Shown here piece after piece: positions 63,558 to 64,000 of a DNA stretch of 64,000 bases. How positions within the stretch are numbered: the first letter of the stretch is position 1; each line of letters begins with the position of its first letter. The stretch is from Dimorphilus gyrociliatus. Its lineage: Eukaryota; Animalia; Annelida. Both the position numbers and the translations under genes were made by a program. The notes beneath the pieces are model-generated. The model had not been told where the DNA came from, did no database searches, and saw only the letters and a program-made list of their open reading frames with translations. The stretch is taken from contig CAJFCJ010000013.1 of assembly GCA_904063045.1 (NCBI GenBank), forward strand, positions 850,156 to 914,155, given 5' to 3'.

Positions 63558-64000
63558 ATGGAGGATGATAGTAGTAGATTATGCGTTCGGATAGGAAACG
63601 CAGATAAATGGATAACTGGCTTAACGAAGAGAACGACATGTGATGACGTTATATACGCTCTGTTGAAACATACGAAGAAGGACGGCGATGATTTATGGTC
63701 CTATTCAATGTTTGAAAGGTGGAGGGGAGTTGAGAGACAATTGAGTGGTAGAACAAAAGTTTTAAAGGTATGGAGAGCTTGGGGCGATCAGAGGCATTCA
63801 GTGAAATTATACGTTAGAAAGAGGAGTTCATATAGTAGTTCAAAACGTCATAAACGACGGCAACCACTTCAAGTTCATAGAGTTGTTGGCCGCATAATAG
63901 AACAAGAGAAGCAAATACAAGATCAAATGGAGCGTTTGGAACGTCTCGACAATCAAATAGATAAATACGAGACGAGATCTCATCTGAAAAGAATGCAAGA
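63558..64000 (+). CDS. N-terminal RASSF protein (RASSF9/10-like), truncated by the window end
   Basis: KWITGLTKRTTCDDVIYALL, YSMFERWRGVERQLSGRTKVLKVWRAWGD..SVKL is an RA domain of the RASSF7-10 type. The frame is open to position 64000. Confidence 0.85.
   Translation, partial: MEDDSSRLCVRIGNADKWITGLTKRTTCDDVIYALLKHTKKDGDDLWSYSMFERWRGVERQLSGRTKVLKVWRAWGDQRHSVKLYVRKRSSYSSSKRHKRRQPLQVHRVVGRIIEQEKQIQDQMERLERLDNQIDKYETRSHLKRMQ

Noticed and set aside
1-64000. CRISPR arrays, rRNA, tRNA, prokaryotic operons or defence systems
   Set aside because: The sequence is eukaryotic with spliceosomal introns. No repeat-spacer arrays or RNA-gene signatures were seen by eye; a tRNAscan-SE or Infernal run would be needed to exclude small RNAs.

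Overview
AT-rich, gene-dense metazoan genomic DNA with about 20 protein-coding genes. Most introns are GT-AG and 55-75 nt long, so the ORF track breaks most genes into pieces; the gene models below were spliced by eye. Gene content and compaction suggest a compact spiralian (annelid-like) genome, but this is inference. Gene order: degenerate retroelement fossil; C6orf89-like; GPI-anchored Ig protein; TUFM; ATG14; MLEC; CCDC92-like; CNDP2; SH2B; GGT; Sulfotransfer_2 enzyme; HVCN1; SBF1/2 (MTMR5/13); PDZ-only Zasp-like protein; PLEKHF2; small orphan gene; TTC28; RNPS1-like RRM protein; large secreted repeat protein; calcitonin-type precursor; RASSF9/10-like (cut by the window end). The two most interesting loci are head-to-head at 53-62 kb. 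(1) A 1879-aa secreted protein with 11 tandem ~150-aa Cys-containing repeats, followed by an ITIH-like D-P-H site and C-terminal domain, which makes it a candidate self-cleaving, covalently cross-linking extracellular protein. (2) A calcitonin-type gene in which one signal-peptide exon can feed two different amidated peptides through a duplicated spacer+peptide exon module. The peptide-A exon and the signal exon are missing from the ORF track.
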